From the NCBI GenBank assembly GCA_963666275.2, contig CAXXOA010000002.1, positions 2,219,697 through 2,283,696 of the forward strand: DNA of 64,000 nt. Direction: 5' to 3'. Source of the stretch: Oceanispirochaeta sp. GTDB lineage: Bacteria > Spirochaetota > Spirochaetia > DSM-2461. Position 1 is the stretch's first letter, and every line of letters begins with the position of its first letter. The notes under the pieces are model-generated. The model saw nothing but the letters and a program-made list of their open reading frames with translations, was not told where the DNA came from and ran no database searches. This document shows, piece after piece, positions 38,041 through 48,179 of this stretch. The position numbers and the translations under genes are program-made.

Positions 38041-38919
38041 TTGAAATCCTCCAAAAGCATTATGGAATCAACAGTAGAAAAGATCCTGCTCATAAGCGCT
38101 CTGCTTTCAGTGGTCAGTGTCATTTTCATTACTGTCTTTATTTTCCAGGAAGGGCTTCCTCTCTTTAAAAAGGTAAACCCCCTGGAATTCCTTTTTTCCT
38201 CTGAATGGTCCCCCACGGGAGAACCCCCTAAATACGGTATCCTTCCTTTTATCATGGGGTCCATCTGGGTCACCCTGGGAGCGCTGATCATCTCCGTTCC
38301 CATCGGTCTTTCCGTGGGGATCTTTATGGCCGAGATGGCCGTGGGTAAGATGGCGGGACTCCTCCGCTCGGTGGTTGAGCTTCTTGCCGGCATCCCCTCG
38401 GTAATCTACGGACTTTTCGGGTATATCGCCATTTCTCCCATCATCCGGAGGCTCTTTGACAGCCCCACGGGACTGGGGGTTTTAACCGCAAGCATTGTCC
38501 TGGCCATTATGACCCTTCCCACGATCATCAATATTACCGAAGTGTCCCTCCGGGCTGTGCCTCACGAACTGAAGGAAGCCTCCCTGGCTCTGGGAGCCAC
38601 CCACTGGATGACAATCTACAGGGTTATGGTTCCCGCAGCACGGTCGGGAATCCTGGCAGGCATCGTTCTGGGGATGGGCCGGGCCATCGGAGAGACCATG
38701 GCCGTCCTTATGGTGGCGGGAAATGCCATCACCATGCCCAAAGGCCCGCTGTCTCTGACAAGAACCCTGACTATGAATATTGCCACAGATATGAAATACG
38801 CCGCCGATGATCATGCGGTCAGCCTTTTTACAACAGGTATTGTTCTGTTCGTGTTTATCCTGGGAATCAATCTCCTGGTGCAGTACCTGATGAAAAAAGC
38901 AGTAAAAGAGGAAGCCTGA
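38041..38919 (+). CDS. pstC: Phosphate ABC permease
   Basis: ELLAGIPSVIYG, EASLALGAT and GRAIGETMAV. Confidence 0.96.
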   Translation: MKSSKSIMESTVEKILLISALLSVVSVIFITVFIFQEGLPLFKKVNPLEFLFSSEWSPTGEPPKYGILPFIMGSIWVTLGALIISVPIGLSVGIFMAEMAVGKMAGLLRSVVELLAGIPSVIYGLFGYIAISPIIRRLFDSPTGLGVLTASIVLAIMTLPTIINITEVSLRAVPHELKEASLALGATHWMTIYRVMVPAARSGILAGIVLGMGRAIGETMAVLMVAGNAITMPKGPLSLTRTLTMNIATDMKYAADDHAVSLFTTGIVLFVFILGINLLVQYLMKKAVKEEA

Positions 38920-38920
38920 T

Positions 38921-40582
38921 ATGACAGACGCGCAGACAGTTAAAACATTGAATAAAAGCAGGGTTCAGTCCTCTCCCCATTCCCGGAAGATCAAGAATCA
39001 GGAAATCATAGCCAAAGGGGCTATCTGGTTTCTGGCAGCCCTGACCATAGCCATTCTTGTCTGGATCGTGGGCTATCTGATGGTCAAAGGGCTCAGATAC
39101 AGCAATGACGTTCCCTACGAAGTGACAAACCGGGTCGAGAGATCTCTGCCCCTGGCAGGGACGGAGGAAGAGGTTGTCTTTATCATCAACCATAAGGTCC
39201 GTTCGGAGGATGTCCCTGTTGCGGCTCTGAGAAAGCTCTACAACAAGGTGAGGCCCGAGAACTGGGGATTCTACAATCAGCAGGATCTGAAAGTGGCACC
39301 TTTCGCCTTTGAAAACGGCAGTGTTTCCCGGGCTGTAGAAGATTTCATCCTGACAGGATCGGAACTGGAAAAGTACAGCAAGAATGTAAGCAAAGTTACT
39401 TCCTGGAGCGAAATGATCGATAAAGTCGCAAGCACCCCCGGGGGACTCGGATACATTCCCGCTTCACAAGCGGAAAACCTGACAAAAAAGGTGAAAGTCC
39501 TGGGAGTCAGAAGAACCTCGCTGATTGTAAACCCCCAGGTGGTTCAGATCCGGGACGGTCAGATGATCCGCGATATCAGCCAGCAGGGCCTGAACCATCT
39601 TATGGCCGGAGAGTATGCCAACTGGCAGGAAGTCGGGGGAACGGATCTTCCTGTGACCCTGGTCGCATGGGATTCCGGCCGGATTCCGGGATCACTGGGG
39701 AGCCGCGGTGACAGCCGGGCGGAAATTGTAACCGCCTCAAGCAGAGACGAGTTCTTTCAGCTTATACAGAATACCCCCGGTGCGGCGGCTCTGACCTACC
39801 ATTCCGACCTGGAGGCCCTCGGTCTGGAGTACCTTCCTGTTACAAGGCATGAGACGGGATGGAATCTGACCTGGCACTTCATATTTGAAGCTCCTGCCAG
39901 ATCGGGCCAGTGGGGAGGTATCTCCTATATTATCATCAACACATTCTTTCTGATCCTCTTCACCATACTGTTTTCCACCCCCGTGGGCATCATGGCTGCG
40001 ATCTATCTTGTGGAGTATTCCCGGCAGGGACGGCTCATGAGGATCCTCCGTATGGGAACGGAAACCCTGGCGGGAATCCCCTCCATCGTATTCGGCCTTT
40101 TCGGTTTTATCTTCTTTGTTCAGATCTGCGGCTTCGGTATCGGCTTTATCTCCAGTACCCTGACCATAACGCTGATGGTGCTTCCCACAATCATCAGAAC
40201 AACCGAGGAAGCGCTGAAATCGGTGCCCCAGTCCTTCCGTGAGGGAAGTCTGGCACTGGGAGCCACCAAGCTCCAGACAATCATCAAGGTGGTGCTTCCT
40301 GCGGCTTCTCCGGGAATCCTGACAGGAATCATCCTGGCTGTGGGACGGACAGTCGGTGAAACCGCCGTTCTGATCTATACCCTGGGGTCCAATTACGATC
40401 TTGTTTCGGGGCCTTCCTCTTCCGCAAGGGTTCTGGCCCTTCACCTGTACATGCTTTTTTCAGAGGCAGTTTCCTTTGACCGGACTTTCGCCACAGGAGC
40501 GATCCTGGTGATTATCGTACTGATAACAAACCTGGCAACCACACGGATTATCAAACGTGTGAACAAGAATGCCCTGGGTTGA
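38921..40582 (+). CDS. pstA: Phosphate ABC permease with a large extracytoplasmic PstS-like insert
   Basis: The C-terminal half has LAGIPSIVFGLFG, EGSLALGATK and GRTVGETA. A ~260-aa insert follows TM1. Confidence 0.93.
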   Translation: MTDAQTVKTLNKSRVQSSPHSRKIKNQEIIAKGAIWFLAALTIAILVWIVGYLMVKGLRYSNDVPYEVTNRVERSLPLAGTEEEVVFIINHKVRSEDVPVAALRKLYNKVRPENWGFYNQQDLKVAPFAFENGSVSRAVEDFILTGSELEKYSKNVSKVTSWSEMIDKVASTPGGLGYIPASQAENLTKKVKVLGVRRTSLIVNPQVVQIRDGQMIRDISQQGLNHLMAGEYANWQEVGGTDLPVTLVAWDSGRIPGSLGSRGDSRAEIVTASSRDEFFQLIQNTPGAAALTYHSDLEALGLEYLPVTRHETGWNLTWHFIFEAPARSGQWGGISYIIINTFFLILFTILFSTPVGIMAAIYLVEYSRQGRLMRILRMGTETLAGIPSIVFGLFGFIFFVQICGFGIGFISSTLTITLMVLPTIIRTTEEALKSVPQSFREGSLALGATKLQTIIKVVLPAASPGILTGIILAVGRTVGETAVLIYTLGSNYDLVSGPSSSARVLALHLYMLFSEAVSFDRTFATGAILVIIVLITNLATTRIIKRVNKNALG

Positions 40583-40608
40583 CAAGAGACATTTGAGGAG
40601 AAAAACAA

Positions 40609-41367
40609 ATGGCAGTAAATAATAAAATTGACGTTAACGGACTGAACCTTTTCTACGGAGATTTCCAGGCCCTTCACGATGTGAATATTGAAATCAAAGA
40701 GAAGGAAGTGACCGCCCTGATCGGACCTTCGGGATGCGGAAAGTCCACCTTTATCAGGACTCTGAACAGAATGAATGATCTCATCGATATTGTGAAAATC
40801 GACGGGACCATCAAATACGACGATAAAAACATCTACAATCAGTGGGATCTTATCGAACTGAGAAAGAAGGTGGGCATGGTTTTTCAGAAGCCCAATCCCT
40901 TTCCCATGTCTATTTTTGACAACATTGCCTACGGTCCCAGAACCCACGGTATTAAGAGCAGGAGTAAACTGAATGATATTGTCGAGACAAGCCTTCAGCA
41001 GGCCTCTCTCTGGGAGGAAGTCAAGGACAGGCTTCATAAACCCGCCCTGGGGCTCTCCGGAGGGCAGCAGCAGAGGCTCTGCATTGCCAGAGTGCTGGCG
41101 GTGGAACCTGATGTGGTTCTGATGGACGAACCCACTTCGGCTCTGGACCCGATCTCCACATCCCGGATTGAGGATTTGATCGATGAGCTGAAGAAAAATT
41201 ATACTATTGTCATAGTCACCCACAATATGCAGCAGGCCGGCCGGATCTCCGATCGAACAGCCTTTTTCCTCCATGGAAAGATAGAAGAGTTCGGAGACAC
41301 GGACCAGATTTTTTTCAACCCCGTAAGCAGCAAAACCGAAGCCTACATATCAGGGAAATTCGGTTAA
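40609..41367 (+). CDS. pstB: Phosphate ABC ATPase
   Basis: [24 protein letters not shown] and YISGKFG. Confidence 0.97.
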   Translation: MAVNNKIDVNGLNLFYGDFQALHDVNIEIKEKEVTALIGPSGCGKSTFIRTLNRMNDLIDIVKIDGTIKYDDKNIYNQWDLIELRKKVGMVFQKPNPFPMSIFDNIAYGPRTHGIKSRSKLNDIVETSLQQASLWEEVKDRLHKPALGLSGGQQQRLCIARVLAVEPDVVLMDEPTSALDPISTSRIEDLIDELKKNYTIVIVTHNMQQAGRISDRTAFFLHGKIEEFGDTDQIFFNPVSSKTEAYISGKFG

Positions 41368-41368
41368 T

Positions 41369-41550
41369 ACCTGATAAAATCGGGGGAATGCAAAGCATTA
41401 GGGACCCGATTATTATTCAGAGGACACCTGATAAAATCGGGGGAATGCGAAGCATTAGGGACCCGATTATTATTCAGAGGACACCTGATAAAATCGGGGG
41501 AATGCAAAGCATTAGGGACCCGATTATTATTCAGAGGACACCTGATAAAA
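41369..41550. repeat. 57-bp tandem repeat (three copies plus an 11-bp partial) with an internal hairpin
   Basis: The unit ACCTGATAAAATCGGGGGAATGC(A/G)AAGCATTAGGGACCCGATTATTATTCAGAGGAC starts at 41369, 41426 and 41483, with a partial at 41540. Confidence 0.95.
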
Positions 41551-41590
41551 CCGGGTTTAAGAAGTAAGAAAAAACAAGGAGAATCCAATT

Positions 41591-42241
41591 ATGATAAGAC
41601 AGCATTTTATAGACGATCTGGCCGACCTGAACAGGGCCATTATGAAGATGGGGCTCAAAGTGGAAGAGGCCATCAATCTCTCCATTGAAGCTCTTAAAAA
41701 CAGAGATGTGGACAGCGCTCAGAAAATCATCGATGATGATGATATAATCGACAGGATGGAGAAATCCCTCTGCGACCAGTGTGCTCTTATCATTGCCAGA
41801 GAGCAGCCCGTTGCGGGGGATCTGAGGCATCTGATCAGCGGTATCAAGATTATCACCGATCTGGAGCGGATTGCCGACCATGCGGTTCATATCGCCAAAG
41901 GTGTGATTTCCATGGCGGGAGAGGAGTTTATCAAACCCCTGGTGGATATTCCCCGGATGGCGGAGCTGAGCTGCAGCATGCTTTCCCGGGCCATCAGTGC
42001 CTTTGTGGAACAGGATGCCCGGTCTGCCTCGGAGATTGCCAAAGAGGACAATATGGTGGATCAGCTCCATCACCAGATTATCAGAGAGATACTGACCTAT
42101 ATGCTTCAGGACTCCAAGAACATAGAGGGCGGTCTGGCTCTGATGTATATGAGCCGGTTTCTGGAAAGAACAGGTGACCATGTGCGCAATATCTGCGAAT
42201 GGGTTATCTTTGATGAAACCGGAGAACACGAAAACCTTTAG
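41591..42241 (+). CDS. phoU: Phosphate signalling protein PhoU
   Basis: QPVAGDLR, DLERIADH and LERTGDH. Confidence 0.96.
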   Translation: MIRQHFIDDLADLNRAIMKMGLKVEEAINLSIEALKNRDVDSAQKIIDDDDIIDRMEKSLCDQCALIIAREQPVAGDLRHLISGIKIITDLERIADHAVHIAKGVISMAGEEFIKPLVDIPRMAELSCSMLSRAISAFVEQDARSASEIAKEDNMVDQLHHQIIREILTYMLQDSKNIEGGLALMYMSRFLERTGDHVRNICEWVIFDETGEHENL

Positions 42242-42250
42242 GAAACTGAC

Positions 42251-42937
42251 ATGGCGAAATTGCTGATTATTGAAGATGAAGCGGACATAAGGGAACTGAT
42301 CTCATTCAACCTGGAAATGAGCGGTTATGATGTGATTAAATCCAGAGACGGCGAAGAAGGGCTCTCAACGGCCCGGTCGGAAAAACCCGATCTCATCATC
42401 CTGGATCTCATGCTGCCCGGTATGGACGGACTGAAGGTCTGTTCCCATCTCAAAAAAGACCAGGACACAAAGGACATACCCATTATCATGCTGACCGCCA
42501 GGTCCGAAGATGATGATATTATCAACGGCCTTGAAAAAGGGGCGGACGACTATATCACCAAGCCCTTCAGCCCCAGGATCCTGATTGCCCGGGTCAAGGC
42601 GGCCCTGAGGCGGGTTCAGACCGACAGCAGCGAAAAAAGCAGCAACAGGATTGTGATTCACGATCTTGTGATCGATGTGGCCAGGCATGAAACCCTTGTG
42701 GAGGGGGAACCAGTCAACCTTTCGGCCACAGAGTTTTCCATCCTCCGCTTCCTGGCAGAGAACCCCGGCTGGGTTTTTTCCCGGAATCAGATCATCGATT
42801 CGGTCAAGGGCGAAGACTATCCTGTCACAGCCCGTTCCGTGGATGTGCAGATCCTGGGTATCCGGAAAAAACTGGGGGATGCGGGGAACATCATAGAAAC
42901 CGTCAGAGGCATCGGCTACAGGATGAAGGGAGAGTAG
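42251..42937 (+). CDS. phoB: OmpR/PhoB-family response regulator
   Basis: LDLMLPGMDG, GADDYITKPFS, RSVDVQI and TVRGIGY; located in the pst/phoU operon. Confidence 0.88.
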   Translation: MAKLLIIEDEADIRELISFNLEMSGYDVIKSRDGEEGLSTARSEKPDLIILDLMLPGMDGLKVCSHLKKDQDTKDIPIIMLTARSEDDDIINGLEKGADDYITKPFSPRILIARVKAALRRVQTDSSEKSSNRIVIHDLVIDVARHETLVEGEPVNLSATEFSILRFLAENPGWVFSRNQIIDSVKGEDYPVTARSVDVQILGIRKKLGDAGNIIETVRGIGYRMKGE

Positions 42938-42940
42938 GTA

Positions 42941-44707
42941 TTGAACAGGACGTTTTTTCAGCAGCTCTTTACAACGGTCTTCCTGCTGGTTCTCCTTTCG
43001 GTCGTCCTGTATACGGGAATGACCATCGGGATTGTGAAACGGGCCCTGAACAGGGAAACCCTGGAAAGGCAGATGGCCATGACCCATATTGTTGCCAACA
43101 TGGTTCCTGCTGATGGATTTACGTCCCTTCCGGCAGCGCAGGAGTTCAGCGACAGCGTGGTAGAGGATACCTTTATCCGTGTCACCCTGATAGAAGGGGA
43201 GGGGACTGTCATTGCCGATACCTCCAAGGATACCAACCTTCTGAACGATCATTCCGACCGCCCCGAGATACGGCAGGCCCGGTTCGGAGGTGTGGGGAAG
43301 GCCACAAGATACAGTACCAGCCTTTCCCAGACCATGCTCTATACGGCTGTCTATCTGGAGGATCTGGATCTGGTGGTCCGTCTGGCCCTTTCGGTGGAAA
43401 GGGTCCGCAGCGATCTGGATCGGATCTACACACAGATCCTTGTGATTTTCCTAATCATCATGGGGATCGGTACCGCATCGGCTGTTCTGATGGCCCGCTC
43501 CATGTCCAGCACCCTCAGCTCGGTCCGGCAGGTGGTTTCGGAGTATGCCAAGGGGAATTTCGACTCCGAACTGGATCTCACCGGTTCCCGGGAGGCCGTG
43601 GTTCTCAGCCGTTCGGTCAACTCCATGGGGCGCCAGCTTCAGGATAAAATCAGTACCATTACCTATCAGAAAAACGAGTTGCGGGGCATGCTCAACAGTA
43701 TGCACGAACCGGTCATCCTTCTGAACCACAGGCTGGAGATCAAGGAGATGAACCCTTCGGCGGTCTCTCTTCTCCTCAAGGATCCTGAATACCCCTACAT
43801 CGGAAAAGGGATCCTCCAGGTCATCCGGAGCGTGGAAGTCTGTGAGCTGGCGGAAAAAACACTTCAGAAGAAAGAGTCTCAGGAAAGCCTGATCTATTCC
43901 AGAGAGAAGGATATTTTTCTCCAGACCTACGGCAGCTATCTCTACCGGGATGAAGACACTCCTCCCTCGGTTCTGCTAGTGATGAATGATGTGACAAGGA
44001 TCAAAAAGATAGAAGAGATGCGGAAAGATTTTGTGGCCAATGTATCCCATGAACTGAGGACTCCCGTCACATCCATCATGGGGTATGTGGAAACCCTGCA
44101 GGCGGGAGCCCTGGACCACAGGGAGAAAGCCCGGGAGTTTATCAATATTATCTTCCGGCAGACCAGAAACCTGACCGCCCTGATAGACGATCTGCTGACC
44201 CTTTCAAGGATAGAAGACGGCCGAAGCCGCTTTAAAATGGCCTCTTTTCCCCTCTGTGATCTCCTTTCCAGCGCTGTTTCCCTGTGCCGGAACAAGGCCA
44301 TGGAGAAAGAGAGTACCATAGAGATTCAGTGCAGCGGGGATATCCTCCTGCACGCCCATCCTGTCCTTCTGGAACAGGCTGTCACGAATCTGATTGAAAA
44401 TGCCGTCAAGTACTGCCCCGAAGGATCGTCAATTACGGTGAGGGGCCGGATGGAACGGAATATGGCCAGGATAGAAGTTCAGGATAACGGCCCGGGAATA
44501 CCCGAAAAAGACCAGGACCGCATTTTCGAGCGCTTCTACAGGGTCGACAAGGCGAGGAGCCGGGATATGGGAGGAACAGGACTGGGCCTTTCCATCGTCA
44601 AGCATATCAGTATGATCCACGGGGGAAGCGTCAGCGTCTTCAGCCGGGAGGGTCATGGCTGTACCTTTGCCATCACCCTCCCGCTGAACGCGGAAACTGG
44701 TTCCTAA
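42941..44707 (+). CDS. phoR: PhoR-type sensor histidine kinase (HAMP, PAS)
   Basis: ANVSHELRTP, NLIENAVKY, ERFYRVDKARSR and GGTGLGL. Confidence 0.9.
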   Translation: MNRTFFQQLFTTVFLLVLLSVVLYTGMTIGIVKRALNRETLERQMAMTHIVANMVPADGFTSLPAAQEFSDSVVEDTFIRVTLIEGEGTVIADTSKDTNLLNDHSDRPEIRQARFGGVGKATRYSTSLSQTMLYTAVYLEDLDLVVRLALSVERVRSDLDRIYTQILVIFLIIMGIGTASAVLMARSMSSTLSSVRQVVSEYAKGNFDSELDLTGSREAVVLSRSVNSMGRQLQDKISTITYQKNELRGMLNSMHEPVILLNHRLEIKEMNPSAVSLLLKDPEYPYIGKGILQVIRSVEVCELAEKTLQKKESQESLIYSREKDIFLQTYGSYLYRDEDTPPSVLLVMNDVTRIKKIEEMRKDFVANVSHELRTPVTSIMGYVETLQAGALDHREKAREFINIIFRQTRNLTALIDDLLTLSRIEDGRSRFKMASFPLCDLLSSAVSLCRNKAMEKESTIEIQCSGDILLHAHPVLLEQAVTNLIENAVKYCPEGSSITVRGRMERNMARIEVQDNGPGIPEKDQDRIFERFYRVDKARSRDMGGTGLGLSIVKHISMIHGGSVSVFSREGHGCTFAITLPLNAETGS

Positions 44708-45738
44708 TCAACCGAAAAGCGGTAGACGCTCCTGTGGCTGTAGATCTGCCCGGGGTTGATGACCGGTGAGGGGAAGTGTGTCTGGTTGGCACAGTCCGGA
44801 AAGAGCTGTGTCTCCAGGCAGAAACCCCAGTTTTTGCTGTACCGGGTCTCTCCCCGTCCTTTTACACCTGTGAGAAAGTTTCCCGTATAGAACTGGACTC
44901 CCGGCTGATCCGTGGACACTTCCAGTTTTCTGCCCGATCCGGGTTCTCTGACCGTGGCGAAGTGTCTCAGCCCTTCGGCCGGTTTCAGCACATAGCAGTG
45001 ATCATACCCGCCGGCCTGTTCAATCCGTTCTCCAATACTGTGCTCAAGGGTAAAATCCATAGGTGAATCTTTGACAGACAGGATCTCTCCTGTGGGGATC
45101 TGGTTTTCATTGACCGGCAGATACCAGGGACAGTCCAGAGTCACAAGATGGTCAAGAACGGGGCCAGAGGAAATCCCGCCCAGATTGAAGTAGCTGTGGT
45201 TTGTCAGGTTCACAGGGGTGGGTTTGTCCGAAACCGCTTTGTAATCAAACTTCAGTTCGTTCCGGTCAGTCACCGTGTAGGTCATGGTCACATTCAGATT
45301 TCCAGGATAGCCCTCTTCTCCGTCGGGACTGAAGGTGGTCAGAACCAGGCCGGCTTCCTTTTCAGACTGAAAGGGAGTTACCATCCAGTTCTTCCTGTCA
45401 AAGGCATGGTCCTCCCCGCCGTGAAGATGGTTGGGGCCGTTATTCTGGGCCAGGGTATACTTTTTACCATCCAGCTGAAACTGACCCGCATTGATGCGGT
45501 TTCCGAAGCGGCCGATGGCGGCGCCGAAGAAAAAGCGGGTATTCACATACTCGTCCAGGGTCTCAAACCCCAAAGTGACCTCTTCGCATTTTCCGTTTCT
45601 GTCGGGAGTCTGAATCGATGTGATGATTCCACCGAAGCTGGATACAGAGACCTTAAACCCCTTTTCTCCCTCAATGGTGTAAAGATCGGCAGTCCCTCCG
45701 TTGGGAAGGGTCCCGAAAACAGTTTTAACAATATTCAT
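44704..45738 (-). CDS. galM: Aldose 1-epimerase
   Basis: GRFGNRI, NHLHGG, GYPG, NLTNHSYFNL, GYDH and FCLETQ. Confidence 0.95.
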   Translation of the reverse strand: MNIVKTVFGTLPNGGTADLYTIEGEKGFKVSVSSFGGIITSIQTPDRNGKCEEVTLGFETLDEYVNTRFFFGAAIGRFGNRINAGQFQLDGKKYTLAQNNGPNHLHGGEDHAFDRKNWMVTPFQSEKEAGLVLTTFSPDGEEGYPGNLNVTMTYTVTDRNELKFDYKAVSDKPTPVNLTNHSYFNLGGISSGPVLDHLVTLDCPWYLPVNENQIPTGEILSVKDSPMDFTLEHSIGERIEQAGGYDHCYVLKPAEGLRHFATVREPGSGRKLEVSTDQPGVQFYTGNFLTGVKGRGETRYSKNWGFCLETQLFPDCANQTHFPSPVINPGQIYSHRSVYRFSVD

Positions 45739-45763
45739 CTATGCCTCCTGAAGCTGGTTGGAC

Positions 45764-45804
45764 AAAAAAAAGGGGCTGATCCGGTTTAATGGAACAGTCC
45801 CCTT
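45764..45804 (-). terminator. Intrinsic terminator after the corrinoid protein gene
   Basis: Minus strand AAGGGGACTGTTCC...GGATCAGCCCC followed by T8. Confidence 0.6.
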
Positions 45805-45837
45805 ATTGTAATGAAGAATTCTGATTTTTTACAAGGA

Positions 45838-46473
45838 TTACTTTGCGCAGGCTGCCAGAGCTTTGTCAGCTGCTGTCGCCGCGTCAGAAGTATAAATATC
45901 CGCACCGATTGTATCACAGAAAGACTGAGTCACAGGAGCTCCGCCTATCATAATGGTTACATTGTCTCTGATCCCCGCATCGGCAGAGGCTTTAACAACA
46001 TTTTCCATCTGAGTCATTGTGGTTGTCAGAAGAGCGGACATGGCAATGATGTCGGCAGAGTTCTCTTTTGCCGCTTCCACGTATTTTTCGGGAGAAACAT
46101 CAGTTCCCAAATCAATCACTTCCAGACCTTTTCCTTCCATCATGATTTTCACCAGGTTCTTTCCGATGTCATGAAGGTCTCCCTTGACGGTACCGATGAC
46201 AACTTTTCCTTTACCAACGGGAGCGCCTTTTTCCAGTTCCGGTTTCAGAACTTCAAGACCCGCATTCATAGCCCGGGCGGCAATCAGTACTTCCGGTACA
46301 AAAACCTGATTGTTTTTGAACTTTTCTCCCACAATCCCCATAGCGGAAAGCAGGGCGTCATCCAGGATTGTCTGAGCAGCCATTCCTTCTTCAAGAGCTG
46401 CCTGACAGAGTTCTTTTACGTCTGCGGCTTTTCCTTTCTGCATAAGTTCGGAAATTTTTTCAAGATCAGCCAT
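45838..46473 (-). CDS. Corrinoid (B12-binding) protein of the methyltransferase type (MtbC/MttC-like)
   Basis: Cap domain FVPEVLIAARAM; GDLHDIGKN (DxHxxG), SALLTTT and IGGAPVT. Confidence 0.95.
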   Translation of the reverse strand: MADLEKISELMQKGKAADVKELCQAALEEGMAAQTILDDALLSAMGIVGEKFKNNQVFVPEVLIAARAMNAGLEVLKPELEKGAPVGKGKVVIGTVKGDLHDIGKNLVKIMMEGKGLEVIDLGTDVSPEKYVEAAKENSADIIAMSALLTTTMTQMENVVKASADAGIRDNVTIMIGGAPVTQSFCDTIGADIYTSDAATAADKALAACAK

Positions 46474-46569
46474 TTTTTAGTCTCCTTAAGATAAATCGTA
46501 AATGAAATTCAAATACATTCGACTTAACCCTCGAAGTGCGAAATGTGATCCACATCAAGTGCGGTTCAT

Positions 46570-46710
46570 ATCAAGTATCCTGACTCGCAGATCAATCTCC
46601 CCTGAGCCTTCCCGATGGTGCAATCAGTGGCATAATTCAGGTTTGTCCCTGCTCACAGTGACGGGGTCGTGGAGGCATCTCACCTCACTTCCTTGTCTAT
46701 GAACTGATAA
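46570..46710 (-). ncRNA. Cobalamin riboswitch
   Basis: Minus strand AAGGAAGTGAGGTGAGATGCCTCCACGACCCCGTCACTGTGA...GCCACTG...GGGAAGGC...GAGTCAGGATACTT (B12 box). Boundaries are approximate. Confidence 0.88.
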
Positions 46711-46848
46711 CAGTATCTCTTTGTTTTCCCTCTACCGTATTGGAAAATTTTTATTTATTATGTAAAAAAATCTCCAATTTGCTAAAAAAAATACAATGGT
46801 AAAATTGTCATATATTAGCCCCTGACAGAACCCCTGTCAGGTGAGGTT

Positions 46849-48162
46849 TCATTCGTGAATCTCTTCAGAATCCCGGCTGATTTTCCCTCTTTTTTCCCTG
46901 TACTTTCCCGGGGAAAGACCCGAAATCCTTTTGAACACTTTGGTGAAATAACTCTGGTCCTCGTAGCCCACCATGCCGGCAATTTCCACAAGGGAGAATT
47001 TGCTGTTCAGAAGGAGATTCTTGCTTTTGTCTATCCTGACCTGATTGAGATAGCTGTTGAAGTTGCACTTCATCTCTTCCTTGAAGATTTTGCTGAAGTA
47101 GGCGGGGCTCAGATAGACCGCGCCGGCCACTTCATCAAGAGATACCTTTTCAGAGTAGTTTTTGTTTATATACTGGATGGCCTGGAAAATGGCATCCGCA
47201 TGTTTCACATCCCTCAGGTCAAAAACCAGATCTGAAAAACGGACGATCACTTTGGCCAGCCATCCCGCCAGTCCCTCTACAGAATTGTAGTGGTTGATCT
47301 CTTTCAGATAGTTGTAATTCATTCCGAATATCTGTTCCGCATCGGCCCCGCCTTCCACGGCGGCCCTGGAAAGGAGTACCAGAAGCTCCAGCACCCTGGC
47401 TTTTACCACATCGAAGTTTCCTCCGGAAGAGAAAAAGATGACCCCCAGGACTTCATTGAGTATGCGCCGGGCATTGCCGGAATCGCCTATCTGTATCAGA
47501 TGAAGAAGTTCTTTTTCCTTGTCGATGGGATACTGGGATATCTCCATATCCCCGTGTTCCATCCTCTTGATATACTGGATATATTCAGAAATCTGAGCCT
47601 GCTGGTCCATGGTATCCTTTTTGGAAAGCAATTCCGACACTTTGCCTTCTGTCAGATACGTGGCCGAAATGAGCAGCATTTCCGAAAGGGCCTTGGCTTT
47701 TTCAGTGGTCAGGACGGGAATTTCATTCAATTCCTTCAGAAATATTTCCTTATCGGGCATTCTCTCCTGATACTTGGCCTGCATTTCGCTGATCAGCTCT
47801 TCCGGTTCTATAAGAAGAGCCGGTCCTGCAACAAGAGCTCCGGCCATAAGGCCTTCCTCCATAATGGGGGAGGACCAGTGAAGAAGGGAGACCGGGCAGA
47901 AATACATATAACTGCCTCCGAACCTTTCAGACTGGTATCCGCCGTAAAGATGGGACTGCCGGCAGTTGAGTTTTACACCTTTGATGCTGGTCATGATGCG
48001 GCAGAAACCGCAGGACGATTCCGCAGAGCCGTCCTCTGTTATTTTATTGCCCTTGTTGTTGATGACAAAACAGTCAATTCCCGTGGCCTGTTTGTAAGTC
48101 CTGGCTATGTCTATCGCCCTGGAGAACAGGGGGGAAACGTAATCTTTTGCTTTGGTGCTCAT
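46849..48162 (-). CDS. PocR-domain AraC-family regulator
   Basis: N-terminal CGFC...C...YFCP (PocR-like); C-terminal LSPAYFSKIFK and VGYEDQSYFTKVFK. Confidence 0.9.
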   Translation of the reverse strand: MSTKAKDYVSPLFSRAIDIARTYKQATGIDCFVINNKGNKITEDGSAESSCGFCRIMTSIKGVKLNCRQSHLYGGYQSERFGGSYMYFCPVSLLHWSSPIMEEGLMAGALVAGPALLIEPEELISEMQAKYQERMPDKEIFLKELNEIPVLTTEKAKALSEMLLISATYLTEGKVSELLSKKDTMDQQAQISEYIQYIKRMEHGDMEISQYPIDKEKELLHLIQIGDSGNARRILNEVLGVIFFSSGGNFDVVKARVLELLVLLSRAAVEGGADAEQIFGMNYNYLKEINHYNSVEGLAGWLAKVIVRFSDLVFDLRDVKHADAIFQAIQYINKNYSEKVSLDEVAGAVYLSPAYFSKIFKEEMKCNFNSYLNQVRIDKSKNLLLNSKFSLVEIAGMVGYEDQSYFTKVFKRISGLSPGKYREKRGKISRDSEEIHE

Positions 48163-48179
48163 ACTGGTATCTTAGTACA

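Noticed and set aside
41369..41550. CRISPR array
   Set aside because: The units are contiguous and near-identical, with no unique spacers, and there are no cas genes in the window.
41364..41588. 74-aa minus-strand ORF with 19-aa repeats
   Set aside because: It is a by-product of the 57-bp (multiple of 3) repeat and is antisense to the pst-pho operon, with no RBS support.
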